The notes: a model not told the origin generated them from the letters alone. A DNA stretch of 64,000 nucleotides from an uncultured Candidatus Saccharibacteria bacterium (GCA_964631935.1 CAZWAV010000002.1:39058-103057); one strand, 5' to 3'; positions 1 through 10,239 are shown, counted from the first letter of the stretch. Translations and numbers: made by a program.

Positions 1-30
1 GAACCCCAGACAAAAGGAGAAGTAAATCCA

Positions 31-495
31 ATGAAAAAAACAACAACTTCTATGTTTGTTGTTTATAATCAAAAAGTTTTACTGGTACCTTCGAAAGCAA
101 AACACAAGAATGAAAATCAATTTGATCCTCCTTCTTGTTCAACCTGCTTTATATCCGAGGATGAGAGATTTCAATACATTTCAGGCTTAATAAATACCGG
201 AAGGTATTCAAAGAAAGAATTTAAAAAGTACTTTTATATCATCTCAACGCCCATAAAATTCTCACATAAAGACGATTTGTGTGAAAAATTATTCACAGCT
301 TACGTTGTACTAATGAATGATAAGGCAATAGTTAAGGAATTTTTGATAGACAAGAATGAACAATGGTTAAAGATAAGTGACATAGTGTCCGGAACTACTC
401 CACATTTCATAAGCCCTTTATTTACAAAAGCAACTAAAGCTTTACTGGAAGAGAAAAAATACGCCCTGGAGAGAAATAGCAGGTATTTCTTATAA
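31..495 (+). CDS. hypothetical protein
   Basis: 154-aa ORF preceded by aaaggag 8 nt upstream of ATG; no recognisable motif. Confidence 0.35.
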   Translation: MKKTTTSMFVVYNQKVLLVPSKAKHKNENQFDPPSCSTCFISEDERFQYISGLINTGRYSKKEFKKYFYIISTPIKFSHKDDLCEKLFTAYVVLMNDKAIVKEFLIDKNEQWLKISDIVSGTTPHFISPLFTKATKALLEEKKYALERNSRYFL

Positions 496-520
496 ATTAA
501 AATGGGTAATATTCTATAGA

Positions 521-560
521 AGTCTTAATAATAAGTAATTATTATTAAGACTTTTTTTAT
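521..560 (+). terminator. rho-independent terminator
   Basis: Perfect 32-nt palindrome agtcttaataataagtaattattattaagact followed by T7 run. Confidence 0.6.
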
Positions 561-589
561 TTGCAATCTTTCGCTCAATATAGTAGTAT
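561..589 (+). promoter_or_regulatory. putative sigma70-type promoter for secG
   Basis: TTGCAA, 17-nt spacer, TAGTAT. The -10 ends 6 nt before the ATG, so the transcript may be leaderless. Confidence 0.3.
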
Positions 590-595
590 GTCTAC

Positions 596-829
596 ATGAC
601 GATTATTGCTACTGTATTACCGTATATACAGATTATACTATCTATTATTTTGGTTGTCGCAATCCTGCTACAGCAGTCTAGTGCAGGCGTAGGTGGCGCA
701 CTTGGAGGTGGAGATAGTGGTGGTCTATATCATACACGACGTGGTTTCGAAAAGTTCCTATTTGTCACAACTATTGTAGTTGGAATACTTTTTGCTGCAT
801 CAGCGTTTCTCGCAATACTCGTAAAGTAA
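596..829 (+). CDS. secG: preprotein translocase subunit SecG
   Basis: 77 aa with two TM helices separated by a Gly-rich loop (GVGGALGGGDSGG...RRG.EK), the typical SecG layout. Confidence 0.7.
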   Translation: MTIIATVLPYIQIILSIILVVAILLQQSSAGVGGALGGGDSGGLYHTRRGFEKFLFVTTIVVGILFAASAFLAILVK

Positions 830-877
830 TACCGGGTCTATCAATTTAATATCGTACTTAATTTAAATATATTTTAA

Positions 878-2689
878 ATGCATTCTATGCGTAATTTCCT
901 CACCTTTATAAAAGAATTTCGTATTCCAAAGAAAAAAGAATTAATTGATGCAAGGGCATCACTCTCAAAAAGGCAGTTTAAAATATTTATGCTTTCTATT
1001 TCTGTAGCTTTCGTGGCTATGGTTATTTTAGTTGGTAAGGTAAATAGTGCTTTTATGACAGAGATCCCAGCAGCTGGTGGATCTATCACTGAAGGAATAA
1101 TTGGCATGCCTACCTTAGTAAACCCAGTGCTTGCTTTATCTGATGCTGACAAAGACTTAACTTCTATTGTGTACAGCGGGCTCATGCGAAAGACTTCAGA
1201 TGGTAATTTTATACTTGATCTTGCTAGTTCTTACACAGTATCTCCAGACGCAATGACATACACTTTTACAATAAAAAAGAACGCTAAGTTCCAAGATGGG
1301 ACAAAAGTAACAGCTGATGATATTATATTTACAATTGATAAGATAAAAGATCCACTCATAAAGAGCCCTCGTCGTATAGGATGGGACGGTATAAGTGTTT
1401 CAAAGACAGACGATAGTACTGTGGTGTTTACATTAAACCAACCATATATATCATTTATCGATAATACAACAATAGGTATACTGCCTATGCATGTATGGAA
1501 AAATGTTAGTCCAGCTGAATTTGGATTATCAACACTAAACATAAAATCCGTAGGTTCAGGACCATACCAGATAGACTCTGTTTCAAAAAACAATGAGGGT
1601 ATTCCTGAAAAGTATGTATTGAAGCGCTTTAGTGATTTTGCTCTTAGTGAAGCTCATATAAAATACATAACAATAGTTTCTTATTCTAATGAAAAGGATC
1701 TTATTAAAGAATTGCTGTCACATTCTATTGATCAAGCTGGTGGCATAACACCTGCGAATGCAGAAGAGCTAGAGAAAGCAGGTTATGTAATCCATACTGC
1801 AACCCTACCCCGCATATTTGGGTTATTCTTTAATACTGCCAATAATAAGATATTATCAGATGCTTCTGTCATGAAAGCTTTTGATAAGGCTCTAGATAGA
1901 GAGGAACTTGTAGATAAAATACTAGGAGGCTATGGAACAATAGCTCATAGTCCTATTCCAATCTCTATCATAGCTAATCAACCTACAGATGAATACAAAA
2001 ACGCATCACTAGCAGAAGCAAAAGATATGCTAGATAAAGCAGGCTGGTTAATAGGCACTGATGGATCAAGAGAAAAGGGTGGTACAACAACAGTAACCAG
2101 AACAAAGAAAGTCGGAAAGAAAACAGTCACAGAAAAAGTTCAGGTGAATAATGGTCCAGTAACTAAGCTTTCATTTTCTATAACGACTGGTGACACACCA
2201 GAACTCAAGGAAGCAGCAAACCTTATCAAAGAACAACTAGAAAAATTAGGTGGTGTAAATATTGAAGTTAAGGTATATGAAGGAGGACCACTCAACCAAC
2301 TTATTCGATCACGTAACTATGAAGCACTTTTCTTTGGTCAAATAATAAATCATGAGTCCGACTTATTCTCTTTCTGGCATTCTTCACAGAAAACAGACCC
2401 GGGATTAAACATTTCAATGTATAGCAATAAAAACGTAGATGACATTTTGCAATTTGCCCAAAAGACATTGGATCGTGATAGCCGTATAAATAAATACAAT
2501 GATTTTGTGACACAATTCAATAAAGATATTCCTGCGCTTCTTGTTTACTCACCTAAATATTTATACGCAACACTACCAACCCTAAACAATTTAACATTAA
2601 ACATATTAACAGCTCCATCAGACAGATTCCTATCAATACACGATTGGTACGCACAAACTGATCATGTATGGAAAATTTTTACTAAATAA
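878..2689 (+). CDS. ABC transporter substrate-binding protein, family 5 (peptide/nickel type)
   Basis: 603 aa with N-terminal TM/signal anchor; SBP_bac_5-like segments (YTFTIKKNAKFQDGTKVTADDIIFTI, ...PYISF...). Confidence 0.7.
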   Translation: MHSMRNFLTFIKEFRIPKKKELIDARASLSKRQFKIFMLSISVAFVAMVILVGKVNSAFMTEIPAAGGSITEGIIGMPTLVNPVLALSDADKDLTSIVYSGLMRKTSDGNFILDLASSYTVSPDAMTYTFTIKKNAKFQDGTKVTADDIIFTIDKIKDPLIKSPRRIGWDGISVSKTDDSTVVFTLNQPYISFIDNTTIGILPMHVWKNVSPAEFGLSTLNIKSVGSGPYQIDSVSKNNEGIPEKYVLKRFSDFALSEAHIKYITIVSYSNEKDLIKELLSHSIDQAGGITPANAEELEKAGYVIHTATLPRIFGLFFNTANNKILSDASVMKAFDKALDREELVDKILGGYGTIAHSPIPISIIANQPTDEYKNASLAEAKDMLDKAGWLIGTDGSREKGGTTTVTRTKKVGKKTVTEKVQVNNGPVTKLSFSITTGDTPELKEAANLIKEQLEKLGGVNIEVKVYEGGPLNQLIRSRNYEALFFGQIINHESDLFSFWHSSQKTDPGLNISMYSNKNVDDILQFAQKTLDRDSRINKYNDFVTQFNKDIPALLVYSPKYLYATLPTLNNLTLNILTAPSDRFLSIHDWYAQTDHVWKIFTK

Positions 2690-2696
2690 ATAATTT

Positions 2697-4679
2697 ATGA
2701 ACGAAACACCACAACAAGGAGGAGAGAAGCCGAGAATCAATCGCAATTTCCGTCCACACAAACCAAACTATACTAGAACAGCACACAAGCAGAGTCCAAC
2801 TACAACAAACACAAATCAGAGTGTAAGGACAACTCACACATATAATAAGCCAGGCGCACAAGGCTCAAGCAAAACAAAAGGTAGCTACCAATACGGTAGT
2901 AACAAAGGTGGCAGACGCCCTAAAGCTCAAGCCCAAGCTCCTGTTAAAAGTGATACTACTTTTACAAAAAGAAGGAAGACAAATCTTATACCTCCTGTAG
3001 CTCCTGGAGTTATTCGTATTATTCCACTTGGCGGAGTTGAGGAAATCGGAAAGAACATGACGGCTATTGAGATCGGTAACGACATCATAGTCATAGATGC
3101 TGGTATGCAATTCAAGACTGAAGATACTCCAGGTATCGACTATATTATTCCAAACACAACATACCTCGAAGAGAGGAAGGATAAAATTCGAGGTATGTTC
3201 GTTACACATGGACACTTAGATCACATTGGTGGTATCCCTCTTGTCATGAGCCGTATAGGTAATCCCCCACTCTATTCTCGTAATCTATCTATACTATTAA
3301 TGAAGAAACGTCAGGAAGAATTTTCTCACCTACCTGCTCTAAACTGCCAAGTCGTAGAAAAAGATTCTGTTATTTATGTCGGTGATATGCGCATCCGATT
3401 CTTCGGTGTTACTCACACTGTTCCAGATTCAATGGGGATCATTGTGGAGACGCCCTATGGATCAATAGTTACTCCAGGAGATTACAAACTTGACCAAATA
3501 GATGGGAAAGTTTCAGACGAAGAAGAAAAAGAATATAAATTTTTTGATAAAGAAAATGTTTTACTTCTTTTGACTGATTCAACAAACATAGAAAACGAAG
3601 GATTCTCACTACCAGAAGCAAAAGTAAATGAAGGTTTGGGAAAGCTGATCCGTGCATCAAGTGGGCGTATTATTATCGCTGCCTTTGCGTCACACATCAC
3701 TCGTCTTGTGAAGATCGTCGAAACCGCTGAGGAACTGGGTAAAAAAGTAGTACTAGATGGACGATCACTTAAAACGAATATGGAAGTCTGCGAACAAGCA
3801 GGACTATTTAAGCCTAAAAAAGGTACTATCATACCAGTAGAAGAAGCGGACAACTACCCACCAAATAAAGTCATAGTGCTTATGACTGGAGCCCAGGGTG
3901 AGGAATTTGCATCTCTTAATCGTGCTGCCAATAAGACACATAAGAAGTTCACTATTCGAGCTGGAGATACTATTATACTCTCTGCTTCTATCGTTCCAGG
4001 CAATGAAATATCTGTTCAACATCTCAAGGATAATCTGGCTCGCCACGGTGTGAAAATAATCAGCTATAGAACTTCTGAAGAGACAATCCACGCAACGGGT
4101 CACGGTAACCAGGAAGATGTAAAGTGGCTACACAGAAAAACTCATCCTAAATTCTTTATACCTATTCATGGATGGCACTCTATGCTTGTAAAACACAAAG
4201 AAGTAGCCATGTCTCTCGGTATGTCTGAGGAGAATATTGTTGTTCCAGACAATGGATCAATAATAGAAATAACCGATGAAGGCACAAAGATAGGTGTCCG
4301 AAAAGAGAAAGCCCCATCAGGACCAATGATGGTGGATGGATTCTCTGTCGGTGATGAACAAGAGGTAGTTATACGCGACCGTCAGATGCTTGCTCAGGAT
4401 GGTATGTTCGTTTTAATTGCAACAATAGACTCCACAACTGGTAAACTTCGCAAGTCTCCGGATATTATCTCTCGTGGATTTATCTACCTAAAAGAAAACC
4501 AAGAATTACTTCACCAAGTAAGACTAATAATAAAGAAAACTATTGAAGATGGCACCCGTGGTATGAACCCTATTAACTTCGACACAATCAAAACAACTCT
4601 TGGAGATAATATTTCCAAGTTCCTGTTCCAAAAGACAGCAAAGCGTCCACTTGTTATACCAGTATTATTAAGTGTATAG
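2697..4679 (+). CDS. rnj: ribonuclease J with ~105-aa basic low-complexity N-terminal extension
   Basis: Metallo-beta-lactamase motif VTHGHLDHIGG plus beta-CASP and RNase J C-terminal regions; N-terminus rich in K/R/T/Q/N. Confidence 0.85.
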   Translation: MNETPQQGGEKPRINRNFRPHKPNYTRTAHKQSPTTTNTNQSVRTTHTYNKPGAQGSSKTKGSYQYGSNKGGRRPKAQAQAPVKSDTTFTKRRKTNLIPPVAPGVIRIIPLGGVEEIGKNMTAIEIGNDIIVIDAGMQFKTEDTPGIDYIIPNTTYLEERKDKIRGMFVTHGHLDHIGGIPLVMSRIGNPPLYSRNLSILLMKKRQEEFSHLPALNCQVVEKDSVIYVGDMRIRFFGVTHTVPDSMGIIVETPYGSIVTPGDYKLDQIDGKVSDEEEKEYKFFDKENVLLLLTDSTNIENEGFSLPEAKVNEGLGKLIRASSGRIIIAAFASHITRLVKIVETAEELGKKVVLDGRSLKTNMEVCEQAGLFKPKKGTIIPVEEADNYPPNKVIVLMTGAQGEEFASLNRAANKTHKKFTIRAGDTIILSASIVPGNEISVQHLKDNLARHGVKIISYRTSEETIHATGHGNQEDVKWLHRKTHPKFFIPIHGWHSMLVKHKEVAMSLGMSEENIVVPDNGSIIEITDEGTKIGVRKEKAPSGPMMVDGFSVGDEQEVVIRDRQMLAQDGMFVLIATIDSTTGKLRKSPDIISRGFIYLKENQELLHQVRLIIKKTIEDGTRGMNPINFDTIKTTLGDNISKFLFQKTAKRPLVIPVLLSV

Positions 4680-5868
4680 ACTTATGAACATTACCAAGAT
4701 TAACAAAATGTATATCTTGTCGTTCTTGTTCACTCTACACATATCCATATCGGCATATGTTAATTCGACATTTTTAACAAAGTTTATTTCTGAGGGTTAT
4801 GTTGGCTTGATTTATACAATAGCCTCTATAATAACCCTCATATTACTTTCTCAAAGTGCAAATATATTAAAATATTTTGGTAATCGTAAGTTGGTCTTAT
4901 GGCTACTTTTGATTAATATGGCTTCTCTTGCTTTACTAATAAGTTCACCTGGGGCAAATCTTATTGCATTATCATTTATATCAATACTTACTACGAATAC
5001 TCTTATTTCACTATGTTTGGATATATTTATAGAGCATTTTGGTAATCCTTTAACTATAGGCAAAACTCGTGGCTTGTATTTAACTATTACAAATATTGCT
5101 TGGATGTTATCACCCCTTATCACTGGACTATTGATTACTGAAGACGGCGGATATATAGCAGTTTATATACTTGCCTTTGTAACTGTGGTACTCATGACTC
5201 TAGGTATGTTTATATCAATAAAAGATTTCAAAGATAAGAAGTACACAAGAACTCCATTTTTAAAAACATATAAATACCTAAAAACAAATCACCACATGCT
5301 GGCTATTACAGTTATTAATTTTATACTGCAATTCTTTTTTGCCTGGATGGTTGTATATACACCGATATATCTACATCAACATATAGGATTCGGCTGGGAT
5401 CAAATAGGGGTTATCTTTACGATAATGCTTGCTCCATTTGTAATATTCGGTCTTCCTGTTGGTGTGCTTATAGACAAATACCATGTCAGTAAGAGGGTTC
5501 TATTGGTCTTTGGTTTTATAATTATGATCATGTCTACAGGTGCTATTGCTTATATAACCGATAAAAATTTAGCCCTCTGGGCAATTGTATTGTTCTTGAC
5601 TCGTATGGGGGCAAGCATTGTGGAAACTACTACAGAAATATATTTCTTCACACACGTAAAAGAAGAGGATGCATTCTTGCTTGGAGTATTTAGAGATATG
5701 GTTCCCGTGTCTTATATTATTGCACCGCTTATTGCAACGCTTGTTTTCATATACTTCCCTTTCAAAGATTTATTCTTAGTACTTGGTCTAATACTACTGA
5801 CTGGATTTTATTATATACCTCATTTAAAACATAATCATGAACTTGTCCTACCCAATACGAATAAATAG
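4672..5868 (+). CDS. MFS-type transporter
   Basis: 398 aa, about 12 predicted TM helices, two-lobed organisation; overlaps the rnj stop by 8 nt. Confidence 0.55.
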   Translation: MYRLMNITKINKMYILSFLFTLHISISAYVNSTFLTKFISEGYVGLIYTIASIITLILLSQSANILKYFGNRKLVLWLLLINMASLALLISSPGANLIALSFISILTTNTLISLCLDIFIEHFGNPLTIGKTRGLYLTITNIAWMLSPLITGLLITEDGGYIAVYILAFVTVVLMTLGMFISIKDFKDKKYTRTPFLKTYKYLKTNHHMLAITVINFILQFFFAWMVVYTPIYLHQHIGFGWDQIGVIFTIMLAPFVIFGLPVGVLIDKYHVSKRVLLVFGFIIMIMSTGAIAYITDKNLALWAIVLFLTRMGASIVETTTEIYFFTHVKEEDAFLLGVFRDMVPVSYIIAPLIATLVFIYFPFKDLFLVLGLILLTGFYYIPHLKHNHELVLPNTNK

Positions 5869-6541
5869 ATATTTAGCTCTTAATAACTACGCTACTAGAA
5901 CAGGCGCAGATGAACTTATTAAAAAAGGATTTGTCACTATAAATGGCAAAAAGGCAGTTCTTGGCGACAAAGTAGAAGAGGGTGACAAAGTAGAAGTCAG
6001 TAAAAAAGCTCCGAAAGATGCTTATGTATATTATGCCTACAATAAAGCGACAGGCATATCTACTAATCCAGACGAAGGTAGTAAAGACATCCTACAAGCC
6101 ACTCGCTTTCCGGTGAAGGTCTTCCCTGTTGGTAGATTAGACAAAGATTCACATGGATTAATAATTATGACCAATGACGGCCGTGTGACGGACCGTCTAC
6201 TCTCCCCAAAATATGTCCATGAAAAAGAGTATGTCGTAAAGGTAGACCCAGCGTTCTCAGATAAATTTGTAGAATTGATGAGTAATGGTGTGAAGTTCGA
6301 TGGCTTCGTCAGCAAGAAATGCAAAGTCTGGCGCAAAACCAAGAATGTATTTCATATCATTTTAACTGAAGGAAAGAAACGCCAAATACGCCGTATGGCT
6401 GAAGCGTTGCATCACAAAGTCGTAGATCTTAAAAGAATACGAATTATGAATATCGAGCTCGACAAAATTCCTCTTGGTGGATTCGAACAAATCAAAGGAA
6501 AGGAATTAGATACACTTCTAACATCTCTAGGTCTAATATAA
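5837..6541 (+). CDS. pseudouridine synthase, RsuA/RluB family
   Basis: N-terminal S4-like segment (RINRYLA...GFVTINGKKA) and catalytic motif GRLDKDSHGLIIMTNDG. Confidence 0.8.
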   Translation: MNLSYPIRINRYLALNNYATRTGADELIKKGFVTINGKKAVLGDKVEEGDKVEVSKKAPKDAYVYYAYNKATGISTNPDEGSKDILQATRFPVKVFPVGRLDKDSHGLIIMTNDGRVTDRLLSPKYVHEKEYVVKVDPAFSDKFVELMSNGVKFDGFVSKKCKVWRKTKNVFHIILTEGKKRQIRRMAEALHHKVVDLKRIRIMNIELDKIPLGGFEQIKGKELDTLLTSLGLI

Positions 6542-6544
6542 ATT

Positions 6545-6570
6545 AAAAATCCCTCAATTGAGGGATTTTT
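6545..6570. terminator. bidirectional hairpin terminator (copy 1 of a duplicated palindrome)
   Basis: aaaaatccctcaattgagggattttt between convergent genes. Confidence 0.6.
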
Positions 6571-6582
6571 AATTTATCTGAT

Positions 6583-9465
6583 TTAGTTATTTATAAGCTG
6601 ATATATAGTTTGATATGAACTTGTTGGTAACAAATCAATATTCATAGCTCCTGTAGTCAGAGCGCCATTTGTAAACACTCTTACTTGCTGTAGAGATACA
6701 CGATAACTACTATTTGGAACGGAGGGGGTGAGGAGATCTACTGTCATATAGAAATGCTTTGTAGTGCCATCGTCGATACGATATCCGTTCCCTTCTATTG
6801 TTGCATCAGATGAATATATAGTAGATGAAGCACCTTCTAGTGTACTTAGAATTGCTGGACTGGTAGATCGATTAAAACCATAAGCAACTGCATTAGTCCC
6901 TGTTGCAACAGCTGCCTGTTGTGTGCTTTGGCCTACATAATAGGTTCCACCAAACGAAGTGGCTGATAGGGGGATATTATATGTGACCCGAGAAATGTTG
7001 CCATTTAATTCAATAACACTAGTTACTGCTGGAGTACCCATAACGACATTTAATCCACTTGTTCGAAGTATTTGAGTGTTTCCTATAGCTGAGCCAAATC
7101 TTTGTGATGAAGGCAATTGATCACCGTTTACATCTTGAACAGAGAAGTTTGTTGGTTGCAAGACGTCTGCATTAACAAATGAGGTGGTTATCATTGTACC
7201 TGCCGCATAGTTAGATTGTGACTTGAAGTCGATTACTATGGAGAATTCTGCTGTTGATCCTGATGCAATTTGATTGTATGGAGATGATAAGTTATTGAAT
7301 TGGAATGCACAGGAGTCATCAGCAGTTGCTGTCGTGTTTGTACACAATGTCCCCGTAAAGCTTGAAGCGGCACCTGCTGTAAATTCATAACCATCTGTTC
7401 CAGATTTACTATCAATAACATTATTACTGCTCATCAATTTGATTGAGTCAATAACGTTTGTAACGTCATCAGCTACATTCGTAGAAGATATAGCTACCTG
7501 TATAGGAATCTTTCGTAGAGTTACAGCAGAATTTTCAGCTTTGATCTTAAACTTTAATACCTCAACATTGTTTGTCGCAGATGTACTATTTACCATAACT
7601 GTACCTGCTGGCGGATTAGTGGAAGAAAGAATAACTGTGACTTTGGCTGGTGCTGCTGAAACAATAGTGAATTTATTATCTGATTGATCTTGTGGTAGCA
7701 GAGTGTTTGCCTTTCTAACTTTTATTTTAAAGTTAGTACCATAAACCATCTGAGTCCAAGAAACGTTAGTTGGCAGTGTTACACTTTCTGTTCCATCGTT
7801 AGGAGTGCTAGTTTTTAAAACTTTAGTTACTGTATTACCATTTGGCTTATACATTACAATATCAATTCTCATTTGAGTATTAGCAGGAATTTTACATGTC
7901 TTCCATGTTGCAGTTATTTGTTGTCCTGGAACATAATTCTCTCCTCCATTTGGAGAAAGCACGGTAACTTTTGGTAAACCAGATACTGGGCAAGTAGAAG
8001 TTGTGGCATTTTGGATATTAATATGAATATCATCAGATGCAGCATATCCAGCACCATCAAACTTTATCACAAGATCCCACACTCCATTTGTTGGGACAGT
8101 TGGAATTGTTATTAATTCTTGTCCATCATTTAAAGTATTATTTATAGCTAGAGGATATTGTGTTCCATTTGAATTCATGATTACTAGGGAACCAATATCA
8201 GTTGGGAGAAATCTACAGCTTTCCCATTTAACCAAAAGTTGCTGACCTGAAGTATAACTACTGCCGTCAGTTGGTGACACTATTTTTACATAAGGAGCTG
8301 ATGTAGCTGTACATGTAGTAGTTGTTGATCCTTGGATTGTAAAAGTATTATTGCTAAAATCTTGGATATCGCTGACACTATGTACATTCGTCTTAACATC
8401 AATAAGGTAGTTACCGCCATTTAATGATGAATAATTGCCTAATGCATTTGGAATAACCCATGTATAACTACCAGTACCTATAGTAGTGGTACCAATTAAC
8501 TGCTCACCATATGTACTCACATTATTTTCGTCATCAAGCATGATTGCAACGCTTGTATTTCCATCAACCGTAAATGTCGAAGTTTGCCCACCACAATAAT
8601 CCCATTTTATAGTCACAGTGTCCCCTACTCTATACACTTCTCCACCATTTGGTGAAACAACTTTTATTGAAGGAGTTGTTGTTGAACAATTATTTGTCGT
8701 TGGTCCTTGTATTTTAAACGTAGCATCGCTATTATCTGATTGCCATAATGTTGTGACTGGATCATAAATTTCTGCATGTATAAGGTAATTACTACCGGCA
8801 ACAACTGTATTAGGTATAGTCACTGTTTCTGTTCCATCATTTACTAATCCCATAATATTCATTAGTCCAGTGCTTGCTGCGCCACCATCAGGATTTTGAG
8901 TTGCAAGATAAAGACTTACGACTGATGAACTTCCATATCCTGTCGATGACCACGTAATAGTTATTGGCTGTCCAACTTGGTATGTCTCTCCACCATTTGG
9001 AGAAAGAACTTTTAGTGTTCGTGGTTGATCTACTACACTAGCGACACATTGATCTGACATGACAGTTGCTGTGTAATTTGAAGTATTCCCTGCGTTATGC
9101 CAACTGTCTATAGTTTCCATTTGGTATGGAGTTACACTAGTGGTATTTGGATACCATTTTTTACAGTAAGTAAGTTTATCGAGATTAGCCCCTGACACTC
9201 CATCTGGATCAGTTTGCCACACTCCATTTGAATCTATGTGTTGATTAACTTTTCCCCACCAGTACATAATGCGTGGAGTTGGATCAGGAGTAACAGTCAA
9301 CGATGCCCCAAGGACAGATCCTACATCAGGACACTTCTTCCTAGTTATTGCATTGTAGGTATTCGTACCATTGCATCCACTAGATGGTAGAGTTGCTGCA
9401 TTGACTTGGTTGTTTATAATTAGAAAACTAAAGACGAAAACCCCCAGAAGCAATTTTTTAATCAT
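6583..9465 (-). CDS. large secreted Ser/Thr-rich repeat protein, adhesin-like
   Basis: 960 aa with signal peptide MIKKLLLGVFVFSFLIINNQVNAAT; four ~110-aa beta-sandwich-like repeats each carrying SPNGGE.Y..G..I.I.W ... F.I; non-repetitive C-terminal ~400 aa. Confidence 0.6.
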   Translation of the reverse strand: MIKKLLLGVFVFSFLIINNQVNAATLPSSGCNGTNTYNAITRKKCPDVGSVLGASLTVTPDPTPRIMYWWGKVNQHIDSNGVWQTDPDGVSGANLDKLTYCKKWYPNTTSVTPYQMETIDSWHNAGNTSNYTATVMSDQCVASVVDQPRTLKVLSPNGGETYQVGQPITITWSSTGYGSSSVVSLYLATQNPDGGAASTGLMNIMGLVNDGTETVTIPNTVVAGSNYLIHAEIYDPVTTLWQSDNSDATFKIQGPTTNNCSTTTPSIKVVSPNGGEVYRVGDTVTIKWDYCGGQTSTFTVDGNTSVAIMLDDENNVSTYGEQLIGTTTIGTGSYTWVIPNALGNYSSLNGGNYLIDVKTNVHSVSDIQDFSNNTFTIQGSTTTTCTATSAPYVKIVSPTDGSSYTSGQQLLVKWESCRFLPTDIGSLVIMNSNGTQYPLAINNTLNDGQELITIPTVPTNGVWDLVIKFDGAGYAASDDIHINIQNATTSTCPVSGLPKVTVLSPNGGENYVPGQQITATWKTCKIPANTQMRIDIVMYKPNGNTVTKVLKTSTPNDGTESVTLPTNVSWTQMVYGTNFKIKVRKANTLLPQDQSDNKFTIVSAAPAKVTVILSSTNPPAGTVMVNSTSATNNVEVLKFKIKAENSAVTLRKIPIQVAISSTNVADDVTNVIDSIKLMSSNNVIDSKSGTDGYEFTAGAASSFTGTLCTNTTATADDSCAFQFNNLSSPYNQIASGSTAEFSIVIDFKSQSNYAAGTMITTSFVNADVLQPTNFSVQDVNGDQLPSSQRFGSAIGNTQILRTSGLNVVMGTPAVTSVIELNGNISRVTYNIPLSATSFGGTYYVGQSTQQAAVATGTNAVAYGFNRSTSPAILSTLEGASSTIYSSDATIEGNGYRIDDGTTKHFYMTVDLLTPSVPNSSYRVSLQQVRVFTNGALTTGAMNIDLLPTSSYQTIYQLINN

Positions 9466-9534
9466 AGATTTGTGTGATTCTATAGCTTAATTTAATATAC
9501 TTAAATGGTAACATTTTAGACCTTTCTGTCAATT

Positions 9535-9559
9535 AAAAATCCCTCAGTTGAGGGATTTT
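9535..9559. terminator. hairpin terminator (copy 2 of the duplicated palindrome)
   Basis: aaaaatccctcagttgagggatttt immediately downstream of the rpsR stop. Confidence 0.6.
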
Positions 9560-9561
9560 AA

Positions 9562-9762
9562 TTACTTTGCTATGTATGGGAGTAGGCCCATGAAACGAGC
9601 ACGTTTGATAGCTTCAGATAGCTTGCGCTGGTTCTTTGCTGTCACATCAGTGCGACGTCGAGCTAGCATTCTTGCACTTGGTGTCAAAAATCTTTTTAGC
9701 AATTCGACATCTTTATAGTCGATATGCTTTATATTGTTTGATGAAAAATAATCTTGTTTCAT
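9562..9762 (-). CDS. rpsR: 30S ribosomal protein S18
   Basis: 66 aa; ...[39 protein letters not shown] is the S18 signature. Confidence 0.9.
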   Translation of the reverse strand: MKQDYFSSNNIKHIDYKDVELLKRFLTPSARMLARRRTDVTAKNQRKLSEAIKRARFMGLLPYIAK

Positions 9763-9780
9763 AATTTAAATTCTTAGTTG

Positions 9781-10239
9781 TTAAAATGGGATATCTTCAG
9801 CATTAATCTGCTCATCTGGGTACTCTATAGTATCTAGCTCATCACTCTCTTCTTTTGGAGCACCCTGAGAAGGAGTACTTGATTTTGAAGCGCCACCTGC
9901 TGGAGCACCAGAACCAGATCCAAATTGAACGCGATCAGCGATAACTTCAGTACGATACTTCTTTGTATTTGTAGCAGCATCATCCCAAGATCTGGTCTGC
10001 ATACGGCCTTCAATCATAACTTGTGAACCTTTCTTCATGTACTGAGCTACAGTTTCTGCTTGGCGACCAAATACTACTACATTGTGATAATCAGCAGCTT
10101 CTTGGCGTGCACCATTCTTATCTTTCCAGACACGATTAGTTGCTACGGAGAAACTACAAACTTTAATTCCAGATGGAATAGCTTTAAGCTCTGGATCACG
10201 AGTGAGGTTACCTATAATGAATGCTTTGTTTAAATACAT
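9781..10239 (-). CDS. ssb: single-stranded DNA-binding protein
   Basis: OB-fold N-terminus (AFIIGNLTRDPELK), Gly-rich linker, acidic C-terminal tail ending DIPF. Confidence 0.9.
   Translation of the reverse strand: MYLNKAFIIGNLTRDPELKAIPSGIKVCSFSVATNRVWKDKNGARQEAADYHNVVVFGRQAETVAQYMKKGSQVMIEGRMQTRSWDDAATNTKKYRTEVIADRVQFGSGSGAPAGGASKSSTPSQGAPKEESDELDTIEYPDEQINAEDIPF

Noticed and set aside
7236-7687. Short ORFs antisense to or embedded in the 960-aa surface-protein gene (7236-7421 minus, 7439-7687 plus)
   Set aside because: They are fully contained in a much longer ORF with strong repeat/domain structure; typical shadow ORFs. The same applies to the other 60-120-aa ORFs nested in metG, ileS, argS, glyA and pyrG.
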